Part shown: piece after piece, positions 13,136 through 24,850 of the stretch
How the letters are laid out: every line of letters begins with the position of its first letter
Position numbering within the stretch: the first letter of the stretch is position 1
Source of the DNA: Octopus sinensis
Lineage: Eukaryota
DNA length: 64,000 nt
Reading direction: 5' to 3'
Assembly (NCBI RefSeq): GCF_006345805.1
Contig: NC_042999.1
Span: forward strand, 100,812,001-100,876,000
Translations under genes and position numbers: made by a program
The notes under the pieces: model-generated
What the model was told of the DNA's origin: nothing
Seen by the model: only the letters and a program-made list of their open reading frames with translations
Databases searched by the model: none

Positions 13136-13140
<5 letters not shown>
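11640..13140 (+). mobile_element. R4/Dong/Rex6-like non-LTR retrotransposon, degraded RT region
   Basis: DYRKAYDSV-like motif, IYQGDGLSPLLF, HLLFMDDIKLYA, KRDLGGRGL, QDQAL; ends in (AAT)n. Confidence 0.8.
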
Positions 13141-13172
<32 letters not shown>

Positions 13173-13194
13173 GAAGAAGAAGAAGAAGAAGAAT
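13138..13194. repeat. (AAT)n(AAG)n microsatellite
   Basis: Directly visible. Confidence 0.95.
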
Positions 13195-13412
13195 CCTTTT
13201 TACTAGAGGCACAAGGCTTCAAATTTTGGGGGGAGGGGACTAATTGTTTACATAGATCCCAGTATTTCACTGGTACTTAATTTATCAACTCTGAAACAAT
13301 GAAAGGCAAAATCGACCTTGGCAGAATTTGAACTCAGAACATGAAGACAGACAAAATACCACTAAGCATTTTGCCTGGCATGCTAACGATTCTGCCAGCT
13401 CGCTGCATTTAA
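13195..13412 (-). mobile_element. tRNA-derived SINE family B
   Basis: Minus-strand head GCAGCGAGCTGGCAGAATCGTTAGC...GTTCTGAGTTCAAATTC (A and B boxes); (ATT)n-type tail. Confidence 0.85.
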
Positions 13413-13424
13413 TAATAATAATAA

Positions 13425-13637
13425 TACTTTCTACTATAGGCACAAGGCCTGAAATTTGGGGGTAGGAGATAATTCGATTACACCAACCCCAGTGCATAAC
13501 AGGTACTTATTTCATCGATCCTGAAAGGATGAAAAGCAAAGCTGACCTCAATGGAATTTGAACTCAGAATGTAAAGATGGACGAAATGCTGCTAAGCATT
13601 TTGCCTGGCATGCTAAGAATTCTGCCAGTTTGATGCC

Positions 13638-13640
<3 letters not shown>
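13425..13640 (-). mobile_element. tRNA-derived SINE family B (tandem second copy)
   Basis: Same sequence family as 13195-13412, head-to-tail, separated by (AAT)n. Confidence 0.85.
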
Positions 13641-13689
<49 letters not shown>

Positions 13690-13799
13690 TGATGATAATA
13701 ATGATAATAATAATAATAATAATAATAATAGTCATAATATTTTAACACCAGTACTTGACTGGTACTTTATCTTATCAATACTCTCTCCTTTCAAGTGTT

Positions 13800-14160
13800 G
13801 GCTGAGTTCCTTTCAAGCAGGCCTCACAGAGGTGAGGTGGCTGAGTTCCTTTCAAGCATTGGGCCTCTTGGAGGCTAAGTGGCTGAGTTCCCTGCACGTT
13901 GGGCCTCGAGGCGGCAATGACCAAGGCCTTTGGCATTATGTCATGCTTGTGAAGAAGACCCATCAAGCCGAGCAAAATCACAGTCATGGTAAATACTGGT
14001 GTTAAATTCACAGTTTGGTTGGCATTAGGAAGGGCATCCAGCCATAGAAAAACCATGCCAAATCAGACTGAAGCCTGGCACAGCTTTCCACCATGCCAAT
14101 CCTGGTCAAACCATCCAACCCATCCCAGCATGGGCAATGGACATTAAATAATGATGATGA
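13800..14160 (+). mobile_element. OK-type SINE / RTE 3' end with internal ~40-bp repeats
   Basis: Three gtggctgagttcc...gggcctc units, then ggcattaggaagggcatccagcc...catgggcaatggacattaaataatgatgatg. Confidence 0.75.
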
Positions 14161-14749
14161 CTGTGAGATATTTTGTCCAACACTAGGCATGAAGCTGCAA
14201 ATTATGTCTAAGGGTACAGTCGATTAAAATTATTTTGAAACAATGAAAATAATTATAATAAAATGTACCAGAGACAAAACAGTTCTGTAAAAAAGAAAAT
14301 AAGACAGAAACAACATAACAAGCTATAATTTGATTTCCTACCTAAAGGTTAGTTTGTCTAGAAATATCTATATTTAGAGAAGGAAGAGAAAAGCAAAAAA
14401 ACAGTTTAGTATGACTCCTAAGCTTTTTATTTCATTTTGCCACAAAACATTTAACAAAATATGAAATATTAAAAAAAAATGAAACATTTAACAAAAGCTA
14501 ACAAAATAATTTGCTTTGGACCCCACAAAGGAAATAAACTATTTTAGATATTCTTCTATTTATTTAGGTTTTTCAGTTTAGAAACTGAAAGAAAAATACA
14601 AAAAAATACAAATGTTGATATATTTCAAGTCTTCAATAAGTTTTTATAAAACCCACTGTCTAAACGTGTTACTTAGAATGACTTGAAATTCAAACAGATA
14701 GTTTCTGGAGATGACAAGAGAAATTACCAATCTATCACCCTTTCAAAGA

Positions 14750-15350
14750 TTTTGTTCAATATACTGAGCATTTCTCTCTCCACAGTAATTAATTATACGA
14801 TTTCTATAGGGCTGTCTCTCTTGGGAGATTTGATCTCTTACATCATAGAATAATAATCTCTCACTCTGGAGAGCAATGTTTTAGTTCTTGTTATCTGTAA
14901 AGCCTTTGACCATAGAAACTTTAACTTGAGAGCCTTTTAACTAAGCTGCCCTCCTACAAGCTACATCCATCTATCATTTTTAAATGGGGCTTCCTACCAC
15001 ATCAGTCATTGCAGCCATTGTCGCCTAGCCGTAAGTCAGCCCTAATTAAACAGACCTATAGTCAAAAGTGTTCTTTTTAGGCGCTTGTAATACTTTATTT
15101 TCTAATGTATGAATTACCCTACTGGCCATGGTAGGCAACAATTTAAGGGAAACTTAACTGTTTTTATTGGATTGAATAAACAAAGTTCTTTTTGACTTAC
15201 ATTCTGTCAACTCCAGTGTATCCCAGTGTATATCTGCCAAACACATCTGCCTCAATAAATCACTTGTCACTACTAACTATACATACTCCTGTGAAGATGA
15301 CATCAATCTTTACTTCACCTTAACACAGACATCGTTTACATACAGTCTTA
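14750..15350 (+). mobile_element. Degraded CR1/L2-type RT fragment
   Basis: KAFD-like remnant (aaagcctttgac at about 14900) and a YADD-like CEDDINL near 15290; many stops. Confidence 0.35.
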
Positions 15351-15793
15351 TGAGTCAATGAAGGAGTATCTATGTGGATGCTCTGCTTGAAGCAGTAGCC
15401 AAGTCACCCTCAAACCACATCCTACTATATTAATAAACAGATGAATTAAACAATGTTGTCTACAATATGCTAAAAAAGATGGATTGTCATGGCTTGAATA
15501 ATGTGACATCTTGGGTAAGTGTCACTTAACTAGACTCAACCCAAGCTGTGTAAGTGAAATAGTGTAGATGAAAATTGCTCTGAAGCCTGTTAGATTCTAC
15601 CTGTAATTTGAAAATCCAAATATGTCACACTCACTGTTATCATGTTGATTCTGATTGAAAGTTATGTTACAGGTACATGTGGAATACTCAGCTAATTAAT
15701 TATTCAATGAGGAATTCACTCAGCTGACAGAACAACTAAATATTCATTGTTAAACTGAGAGACCCATTTTCGTTATCATATACATATATATAT

Positions 15794-15827
<34 letters not shown>

Positions 15828-15832
15828 CACAC

Positions 15833-15880
<48 letters not shown>

Positions 15881-15890
15881 TACATATATA

Positions 15891-16255
15891 TCAGAATCAG
15901 AATCAAAATCAAAATCAATCAACATCAATGGAAATTGTAGCTGTGATACCAGTGCCGGTGGCACGTAAAAAGCACCATCCGATCGTGGCCATTGCCAGCC
16001 TCGCCTGGCTCCCGTGCCGGTAGCACGTAAAAAGCACCATCTGTCCGTGGCTGTTTACCAGTCTCATCTGGCACGTAAAAAGCACCCACTACACTCTGAG
16101 TGGTTGGCGTTAGGAAGGGCATCCAGCCAGAGAAACATTGCCAGATCAGACTGGGCCTGGTGCAGCCTTCTGGCTTCCCAGACCCCAGTTGAACCGTCCA
16201 ACCCATGCTAGCATGGATAGCGGACGCTAAATGATGATGATGATGATGATGATGA
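15891..16255 (+). mobile_element. OK-type SINE copy 1 (within tandem duplication)
   Basis: Internal gcacgtaaaaagcacc repeats and an (ATG)n tail. Confidence 0.85.
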
Positions 16256-16490
16256 TATATATATATATTAATATTCTTTGATTCTTTTTTTAAATCTTTT
16301 ATTCCTTTATTTGTTTCAGTCATTTGACTGCGGCCATGCTGGAGCATCACTTTTTAGTCAAGCAAATAGACCCCAGGACTTATTCATTGTAAGCCTAGCA
16401 CTTATTCTATCAGTCTCTTTTGGCTGAACCACTAAGTTATGGGGACATAAACACGCCAACATCGGTTGTCAAGCAATGGTGGGGGGACAA

Positions 16491-16545
<55 letters not shown>

Positions 16546-16555
16546 TACATATATA

Positions 16556-16920
16556 TCAGAATCAGAATCAAAATCAAAATCAATCAACATCAATGGAAAT
16601 TGTAGCTGTGATACCAGTGCCGGCGGCACGTAAAAAGCACCATCCGATCGTGGCCATTGCCAGCCTCGCCTGGCTCCCGTGCCGGTAGCACGTAAAAAGC
16701 ACCATCCGTCCGTGGCTGTTTACCAGTCTCATCTGGCACGTAAAAAGCACCCACTACACTCTGAGTGGTTGGCGTTAGGAAGGGCATCCAGCCAGAGAAA
16801 CATTGCCAGATCAGACTGGGCCTGGTGCAGCCTTCTGGCTTCCCAGACCCCAGTTGAACCGTCCAACCCATGCTAGCATGGATAGCGGACGCTAAATGAT
16901 GATGATGATGATGATGATGA
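16556..16920 (+). mobile_element. OK-type SINE copy 2 (within tandem duplication)
   Basis: Near-identical to 15891-16255 at an offset of 665 bp. Confidence 0.85.
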
Positions 16921-16969
16921 TATATATATATTAATATTCTTTGATTCTTTTTTTAAATCTTTTATTCCT

Positions 16970-17270
16970 TTATTTGTTTCAGTCATTTGACTGCGGCCAT
17001 GCTGGAGCATCACTTTTTAGTCAAGCAAATAGACCCCAGGACTTATTCATTGTAAGCCTAGCACTTATTCTATCAGTCTCTTTTGGCTGAACCACTAAGT
17101 TATGGGGACATAAACACGCCAACATCGGTTGTCAAGCAATGGTGGGGGGACAAACACACACACACAAACACACATATAAATATACATATATACAACGGGC
17201 TTCTTTTAGTTTCTGTCTACCAAATCCATTCACAAGGCTTTGGTTGGCCCGAGGCTATCGTAGAAGACTC
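16970..17270 (-). mobile_element. tRNA-derived SINE family A, head truncated by the adjacent transposon remnant
   Basis: cagtcatttgactgcggccatgctggagc...cacaaggctttggttggcccgaggctatcgtagaagac; a partial duplicate lies at 16305-16500. Confidence 0.8.
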
Positions 17271-18025
17271 TTGACCCAGGAAAGCACTACCTCCTTCAGG
17301 GACCTGATGCAGATCAGCGTGTCAAGTCTGAGGCCATGTGGGAAGATGAATAGAGGTATAACATCACCATCACTAGTGATCACTCCAAACACCATGATGT
17401 TAACTAGATGTTTGATTTTTATCATTCTCAGTACATGTTTTGGGGACACGGCAAGCCAATGGTTGTCCTGGGTGTTCACCACCTGATCCTGGCAGAAACT
17501 TTTCTCATCTGAGAAAAATCAAAGCATGTTTAGCTGGAGGGGATGCTTGAGATTGTTCAAAAGCTTTATAGTAGAGTCTTTCCTCTTGTCCTTGATGGCT
17601 TGGGATAAAATCTAGCCCTTTCTTGTCTTGTATGAAGAATACCAAATGTCTTCATGCACCACCTGCTTGATAAGAAACCCAGACACTCCCATGTCCCTGG
17701 CAATGGACCTGATTGACTTAGATGGATCGCTGTCAATCATGGCTTGGATCTCACCAACAACCTGTGAGTTCTTTTCTCATCAGAACGATCAGAGTGAGTC
17801 TTCCAAGTTATAGTACCTTTGTAATCATATTAGACTCATCCAACTCATTCCAAATCCTCTGCACTGTCCTCAGATTGACACCCAAACACTTTGAAATGTT
17901 TGTATTGGAGCTTCTGGCACGAATGCCAAGCAATACAGAATATCATTTCTAAATTTCTGGTAGAGTGTTATCGTGTCATGGTACTGTTTTTCTCAGACAG
18001 TCCCCAACTGACCCTACTATACTGT
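17270..18025 (-). mobile_element. Tc1/mariner-superfamily (maT/DD37D-like) transposase remnant
   Basis: Minus-strand remnants ISKCLGVNLRTVQRIWNEL (HTH-like) and QDNHWLAVSP...KHLVNIMVFGVITSDGDVIP...GLRL...VVLSW. Confidence 0.7.
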
Positions 18026-18133
18026 GTAGTCAACAAAATCAAAAGCAAACAATAAAAGGAAAAGAGTAGCAAATGTTTTATGTTTACATGTGTGTGCATG
18101 TGCACACGCACACACACAAACACAAAGTGTCTA

Positions 18134-18211
<78 letters not shown>

Positions 18212-18220
18212 AATCTATCT

Positions 18221-18543
18221 ATATATAAATTAGAAAAATCCACCTTTTATCAATTCAATAATGAAAAAATGAAATTATACCACATAGAAAAAATTACATC
18301 TTATAGAAAAATTAAATATAAGATAAAAACATATACCAATGATTAAGTAATGTGCCAAATAATAAATAAAACGTATATATTTGGTATATATGTTTTATTT
18401 ATCATTTTGCACATTACTTAATCATTGGTATATGTTTTTATCTTATATTTAATTTTTCTATAAGATGTAAATTTTTTCTATATGGTATAATTTAATTTTT
18501 CATAGTTGAATTGATAAAAGGTGTTTTTTTCTAATTTATATAT
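18221..18543. repeat. 323-bp fold-back inverted repeat (arms about 159 bp, 5-nt loop)
   Basis: Left arm 18221-18379 is the reverse complement of right arm 18385-18543 with scattered mismatches. Confidence 0.92.
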
Positions 18544-18544
18544 C

Positions 18545-18596
<52 letters not shown>

Positions 18597-18610
18597 ATAT
18601 ATATATAATG

Positions 18611-18658
18611 AAAATAAGCAACAAGAATGACTCCGGAGTCATTCTTGTTGCTTATTTT
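18611..18658. repeat. Perfect 48-bp palindrome
   Basis: AAAATAAGCAACAAGAATGACTCC|GGAGTCATTCTTGTTGCTTATTTT, no spacer and no mismatch. Confidence 0.97.
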
Positions 18659-18851
18659 GATTATAATCACCCCACGGATTTTTATGGATAACACCATACA
18701 AAATTCTGGTGCATCTAAATTAAGTACCATATTCATTTGAATCTAAATTTTTGCTAAACTTATATATATATATATATATATATGTTATATTTTCTGAAAT
18801 TTGATTTATTATTTCTAAATTGAATTTTTCCCTGTAAGTTTGGTATAATAT

Positions 18852-18888
<37 letters not shown>

Positions 18889-18995
18889 GTAATACATATG
18901 GGGAGAATTCACACAAAAAAAAAAACAAGAGACGAAGACAGGTGGTGTAGACAACAAACAGATGTATTAGTATAACGCTTGGGAAGTGAAAAAGT

Positions 18996-19031
18996 CTTTA
19001 ATGTTTCAAGCCCATGCTCTTCCACAGAAAG
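18996..19031 (-). ncRNA. Degenerate hammerhead-like motif in a ~200-bp repeat (same family as 59356-59391)
   Basis: Minus strand: cttt-CTGTGGA-a-GAGC-atgg-GCTT-GAA-ACAT-T-aaag. Confidence 0.45.
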
Positions 19032-19110
19032 GAACACAGAAAGAAACAAGGAGAGAAAATAAAGAATGTGTAGTGGCTAGCGATCTATCATGGCAAATAT
19101 ATATATATAC

Positions 19111-19160
<50 letters not shown>

Positions 19161-22100
19161 TGTGTGTATGTGTGTATACACACATACACACAGGTGAGCA
19201 CATAAGTGCAAAACAAGGTGGAAAAAAATAGTACTCAAATACCAAAGGTAGAGTAATATACTTTTATTAAAGCTATAAAATTATCACAAAACAGTTTTGT
19301 GATAATTTTGCAGGCTTAATAAAGGTGAGAGATTCATTTTTATATATAGAAAGTAAGCTGCACTACATGACATAACATATTGATGAATTAAAAAATCTCA
19401 ACAAATTAGTTGCAAAGTGATTAATTACATAGTTAACAAATTAGAAATATCGAAGCATAGCCATTTTCATTCAATGAATATCTTTAAATTGTTTTAATGC
19501 TCACTGAAAAGTAAATATTTTATATCAAAATTATATGATATTCTCATATCATATATGTAGCAACAAGTATAAGGCAGCACCTGGTACAGTGATATTGTTA
19601 TCTATATTCTACATAAGAAAAGTATAGTAATAATAATATTGTCATATGGGAACTGATTGAGAATACATGATAAATCTTCATCAGAATTTAAAATTTCAGC
19701 TGCACATCAGGAGATATGTAGGTAGAAACATATATATATATATATTTAAAAGCAGTGTATTAACATGAATTAGGAAAAACAACGCGGAGTTTCTTTATGA
19801 TAGATATTTAATAACATTAGTAGATATGGATGAAAACAACATATAATAAAACAAAAACAATAAACTGAAACCACACACAAAAACCAATACAATTAATTCA
19901 GTAATTCTGATTATAATTCATATAGCTCTTATCTGAAGAGATAATTCCAAATAAATCTTTTTTTAAAGAGATATGTCTAAAAATACAAGTAATATATTTG
20001 TTTTTTTATCATCTCATGAAATGTTGATGACGATGATAATGAAATAGCTACAAAGAAAGACAACTGAGATTGCAGTCGCATAATGATTTAACACTGATGT
20101 ATTGGATACATGCTGGAAAAACAAATTGGACAATATAGATGGTTCAGATGATGGAAGCATTTGGCTGGACGTTCAACTGCATATAGTTTCATACCTTCTT
20201 GATTTCAAGATCAAATTCTGCAAAGGTTGTTAATTGGGTGTTTCATACTTCTAGGAGTGGGTCCATAAAATAAATATCAGATATATACTGATATATATGC
20301 AACCAACTACATCTACTGCCTTCAAATAAGAAGTGAGTACTGGAATAACTTGGTGAAAAGAAATCAGTCTTAGAATAATTTTACAATGAGTATATGATAA
20401 CTATCAGAACTCCAGTTACACTTCATTCTTTACTCAATGAAAATTATCACTTCAACAGGCATCTGGGTCTCAAATTAGCCTTGGTGTTTATGAGAGTTTA
20501 TACTTGAGATTTCTTAATTAAATTATTTAATCTAAAACTTAACAAATATAAAGAATCAAACAAAGTCAGTAGAATGGTAGATCATTGAACTAAAAGTTTA
20601 CTTTATTCAATTTTTATAGCCTGAGTCCAAGTTTCACCAAGATTGACTTTGCTCATATTCACTGAACCATACTCTATATATGATATGGTATATAATTAGG
20701 CCTCTTCATATTCAACTGACCCTCCACCAGCAGCCTTACCATTCCACATCTCTCTCTCTCTCTCTCATCCTTGTGAAATGACGGCCCTTTCTCCTCACCA
20801 TCACACATCTGTTAGCTCTCACTCTCTCCAACCAGCTTACTTATGAGTGGTACACATCATTCTTCTCTTACTACAACATCTCTACAACTATCCAACAATC
20901 AGTCACCCTCTTACTACCAAACAGGTAGTTGTTATCACTGCTGCTTTCCCACTAATCTCTGGCATTACTATTTCCCCACTACTACTTCTCTCCAGCACAG
21001 TCCTATCTGTTATTCTCTCTTCTACTACACTGTCACACCAATAACTCTTCCCTCATACTTTTGCTTCTCTCATCATCTCACTCTAAGCTCCACTTCTTTT
21101 ATCACCCTTTGTTCTGGTCTATTTCTAAGAGTAGTGGGGCATCTTTAGTTTTGTGAGATACAGGGCAACCTTACTACAGCATAATAAAATGCACTCAGTG
21201 CACTCTGTAAAGTGGTTGGCAAATTGAGCAGAGATAATATTGGGTTGATATTTTTCTTATTTGGCACAATGTTTGTAGGAAAGGAGTGTAGACATTGAAT
21301 TAAGCTTCGCATATTACTGTTGATATCTTGATTAACCATAGAAGAATAAATGATGATGCTGTTCCTGGTGTACTTTGAATTTAGAGCAACAGATTATCTG
21401 GAAGCCCCCAGTATGGTGTAGTTATAATCTTGTTTGACTATTACTGAAGCTGTGATAAAACTGATGAAAGAGTTTTTTTTTTCCATTGAAGTTTTACAAT
21501 TTTCACATGGTTATAACAGGTTCAGCTATAAATTATGCAATAATAATCTATTATCCTTTTACTTGATAAGTCAAATGACAAAGCAACTAGTTATAAAATA
21601 CACTAAGTGATGGTTCTGTATAAAACAAGAAACAAACTGACATTGAAAGGAAAGCTAACACATTGCATATCAGAATGTACAGTATGGTCCTTAACTAATC
21701 AAAGGTATAAGATGACATCCATAGCTATGGATCTGCAGGTTGTACCAAGTCAGTCAACTGACTATATATTTACTATAAGAGTTTTTAGATCAGGGACATA
21801 TTGGGGCTTTACAACACTGATTTTCAAAAGAAAGTAATTGCAAAAGCACCCAGCAATTTGAAAACAAACAGAAGAGATATCTGAAAGATGTCTAGAAAAT
21901 GTCAAAATAGTTGAACAATTCATATAGAAGATATCTATTGTATTATTTCCATGACAATACATTTTTTTGCAAGTTTCCTATATATCTTACAACAAGTTAT
22001 TCAAAGTTAGCATATACAGTTGGGTTATTTAGGGTGAATAAGATATAGTGAAGTTAGTGTAAGTTAGTGTTAACATATTTATTATGTTAACATATTTAAA

Positions 22101-22509
22101 ATATTTAATGCAATGAACATTAAAATCCTCATCAAAAATAGCTGGTAGTGAAAAAAAAAATCTACATAAGTCAATGTTATTTCAGCTAGAATGGAAGAAA
22201 AATCTGGACATATACCAGTCTTAGACTCAACAGTAAAGTAGAGATTTCATTGCATGTTCTAAAATAGTGAAAGAAGAATTGCTGAGTAAATATATAAGAT
22301 TGTACACTGGTTAGCATAGAGAAATAGAATTGTGTCGTGAATAAATAACTTAGAGATAACATCTGCATAGACTGACTAGGCACAACTTGAACAATTCATT
22401 TGGAAGAAAATGATACTCAACAATCATATAAGTATTTTAAAGAAGCCTAAAGTTTATCTCAACTCTATAGATATGCAGTAAATAAAAAGGGGATAATGAT
22501 GGTAATAAT

Positions 22510-22725
22510 AATAATCCTTTCTACTAAAGGCACAAAGCCTTTGTGCGGGGAGGAATAGTTGATAACAATGACCCTAGTGTTTCACTGGTACTTAAATTAT
22601 TGACCCCGAAAGGAAGAACGGCAAAGTTGACCTCAGTGGAATTTGAACTCAGAACATAGCAGCAGACGAAATGCTGCTAAGCATTTTGCTCAGCATGCTA
22701 ATGTTTCTGCCAGCTTACCACTTTG
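22510..22725 (-). mobile_element. tRNA-derived SINE family B
   Basis: Same family as 13195-13412, preceded by (AAT)n. Confidence 0.8.
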
Positions 22726-23734
22726 ATGATGATGATGATAATCATAATAATAAGAAAGAATAAATACTTCTAGTTTTAAAGTTGAAATATTTTCATTTTT
22801 TTAGTAAGAATTTTTATTTTAAGCAACAGACAGCTAAATTTGAAAGATACCCAGAGTTTCTCGCTATGTGAATTTCTTCAGGCAACAGATCTCCCTCTCT
22901 CAGTATATATATATATATACATACAGAGAGAGAGAGAAGTGATTGCTTTGTTCCTTTATGGACTGTGTGACCATTTATATATCATCCACTTGTGAAGTCA
23001 ACAATTGTCTTACACAAACAAATGTGCATATGTGAGCTTGTGTGTGTGTGTGCACAAGATAAGAATGTATCAAAATAAGCCAACAATGGATATAGGCAAT
23101 TAGTCCTGAGATTGGACCAGATACCAAAACTCCAACAGTGAATGAAAGAAGAGTGAATCTAGGCAAACAAGAGTTGGCGATAAGCAATGTACCGGTCAAG
23201 CTACGCACACACACACACACAATTTTTACTTATTTTCTAGTACAAAAACATAAATGAGCTCAATACAGTCTTGTGTTAGAATTGGAAAGAACCTGGCTGT
23301 CATATATAAAGTAAACAAGATTCAAAGCAATGTTGTATTAAATTGATCATTTGCTCAATCAGAAGGTAAACTGAATGAAATCTTGGTCCAAGTAATATGT
23401 AATCCTGTTTACTTTACATATAACAAGCATGCACATGCACACACTTGACCACATCAACACACACTCAACAAAAACACACACACATACATACATAAACACA
23501 CAGAGGATTTACATGCAAGCTTGTAAAGCATGCCATGTATTATCCCTAAATACATGGCATGCTATACAAGCTAATCCATCCATTGTACTATCAGAAGCAT
23601 GAAACTTATAATAGCTTGTATTTAAATCCTGTGTATATTAAATAAAATGATATTTGTCTCTCATTTCTGCGTTGATCCCACCAATAAAAGAAAAGTACAC
23701 TACATATATATGTGTGTGTGTATGTATACAGTCC

Positions 23735-23900
23735 ACTCTGTAAAATAGATGGCATTAAGAAGGGCATCCAGCTATAAAATATATACCAAAACAGACAGTG
23801 AGGCTTGGTGCAGTCCTCTGACTTACTAGTTCTTGTCAAACTGTCCAACCCATGCCAACATGGAAGATCGACATTGAATTATAATGATGATGATGATGAT
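23735..23900 (+). mobile_element. OK/RTE 3'-end fragment
   Basis: ggcattaagaagggcatccagc...ccaacccatgccaacatgg and an (ATG)n tail. Confidence 0.7.
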
Positions 23901-23989
23901 ATATACAGGAGAATAAGAGACACAGTGTTATCACAGACAGGCTGACAAATTGGAAAGACTTCATATGTAACAAATGCATAAGAGTAATT

Positions 23990-24275
23990 AGCAGTAAGAA
24001 TATCCATGAAACGAATGTTTTCAAATGTCTGCAAGGCTCCCTAAAGTTAATTTTTGTTACCTAGCTGACCTAAATAACAGTGGAGGTGGGTGTTCTGAAA
24101 AACATATTAGTCTCAGTGAGAAAAAGTTTAGAGAACTATCGTGTGTACTAGTAACAAAGGGGGAAAAGTCGAATCATTGATAGAGATGTTATTAGTTTGG
24201 TTTATAGTATTCTCCTTTTTCACAACCATATAACAACATTTATCCTTACCAAACTCCAGCCCTACATCCTTTGAT
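23990..24275 (-). mobile_element. Short non-LTR RT fragment (R4-like)
   Basis: KDVGLEFGKDKCCYMVVKK resembles the DIGMEFGLDKC segment that follows the RT catalytic motif. Confidence 0.45.
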
Positions 24276-24339
24276 GTATGTATGTATGTATGTATGTATG
24301 TATGCATGTATGCATGCATATGTATGTATCATCCTATAA

Positions 24340-24634
24340 TGTTCTCTTTTCCATGTATGCATGGGTCAGATGACATTTGTTGAGGCAGATTTTTCTATAA
24401 CCGGATACTCTTCCAGTCACTAAACCTTACCTGCTTCTGAGCAAGGTAATATTTTCATATAGCTAGACATAAATTTCATGAAAGACTGGAAACAACTTTG
24501 CTTATATGACAGTAATGTTCATTTACAACTATCACAAGATGTCTAGACAAAGTTACACACAAACACACACATACACATACATATATGTGTGTGTGTGTCT
24601 GTCTGCCTATCTATCTATATACATATAGATACAT

Positions 24635-24667
<33 letters not shown>

Positions 24668-24668
24668 C

Positions 24669-24710
<42 letters not shown>

Positions 24711-24850
24711 CTTCTTTCAATTTCTGGTTGACAAATCCAGTCACAAAGCTTTGGTGGCTCAGGGCTATATTAGAAGATCTTACCCAAGGTAGGACTGAAC
24801 CCAACACCACCTAGTTGGAAAACAAGCTTCTCAACTGCACAGTTATACCT
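24340..24850 (-). mobile_element. SINE family A head, microsatellite, alternative body
   Basis: Head at 24690-24850, (CA)/(TA) hinge, body shared with 48860-49060 and 53240-53420. Confidence 0.6.

Noticed and set aside
13800-13910. Short spaced direct repeats resembling a CRISPR array
   Set aside because: They are the internal ~40-bp repeats of the OK/RTE family in a eukaryotic genome, with no unique spacers and no cas genes.
14342-14367. Possible 26-nt minus-strand micro-exon (polypyrimidine tract, ag, ATATTTCTAGACAAACTAACCTTTAG, gtagga)
   Set aside because: No similarity to TULP4 that I recognise, and such signals occur by chance in AT-rich introns.
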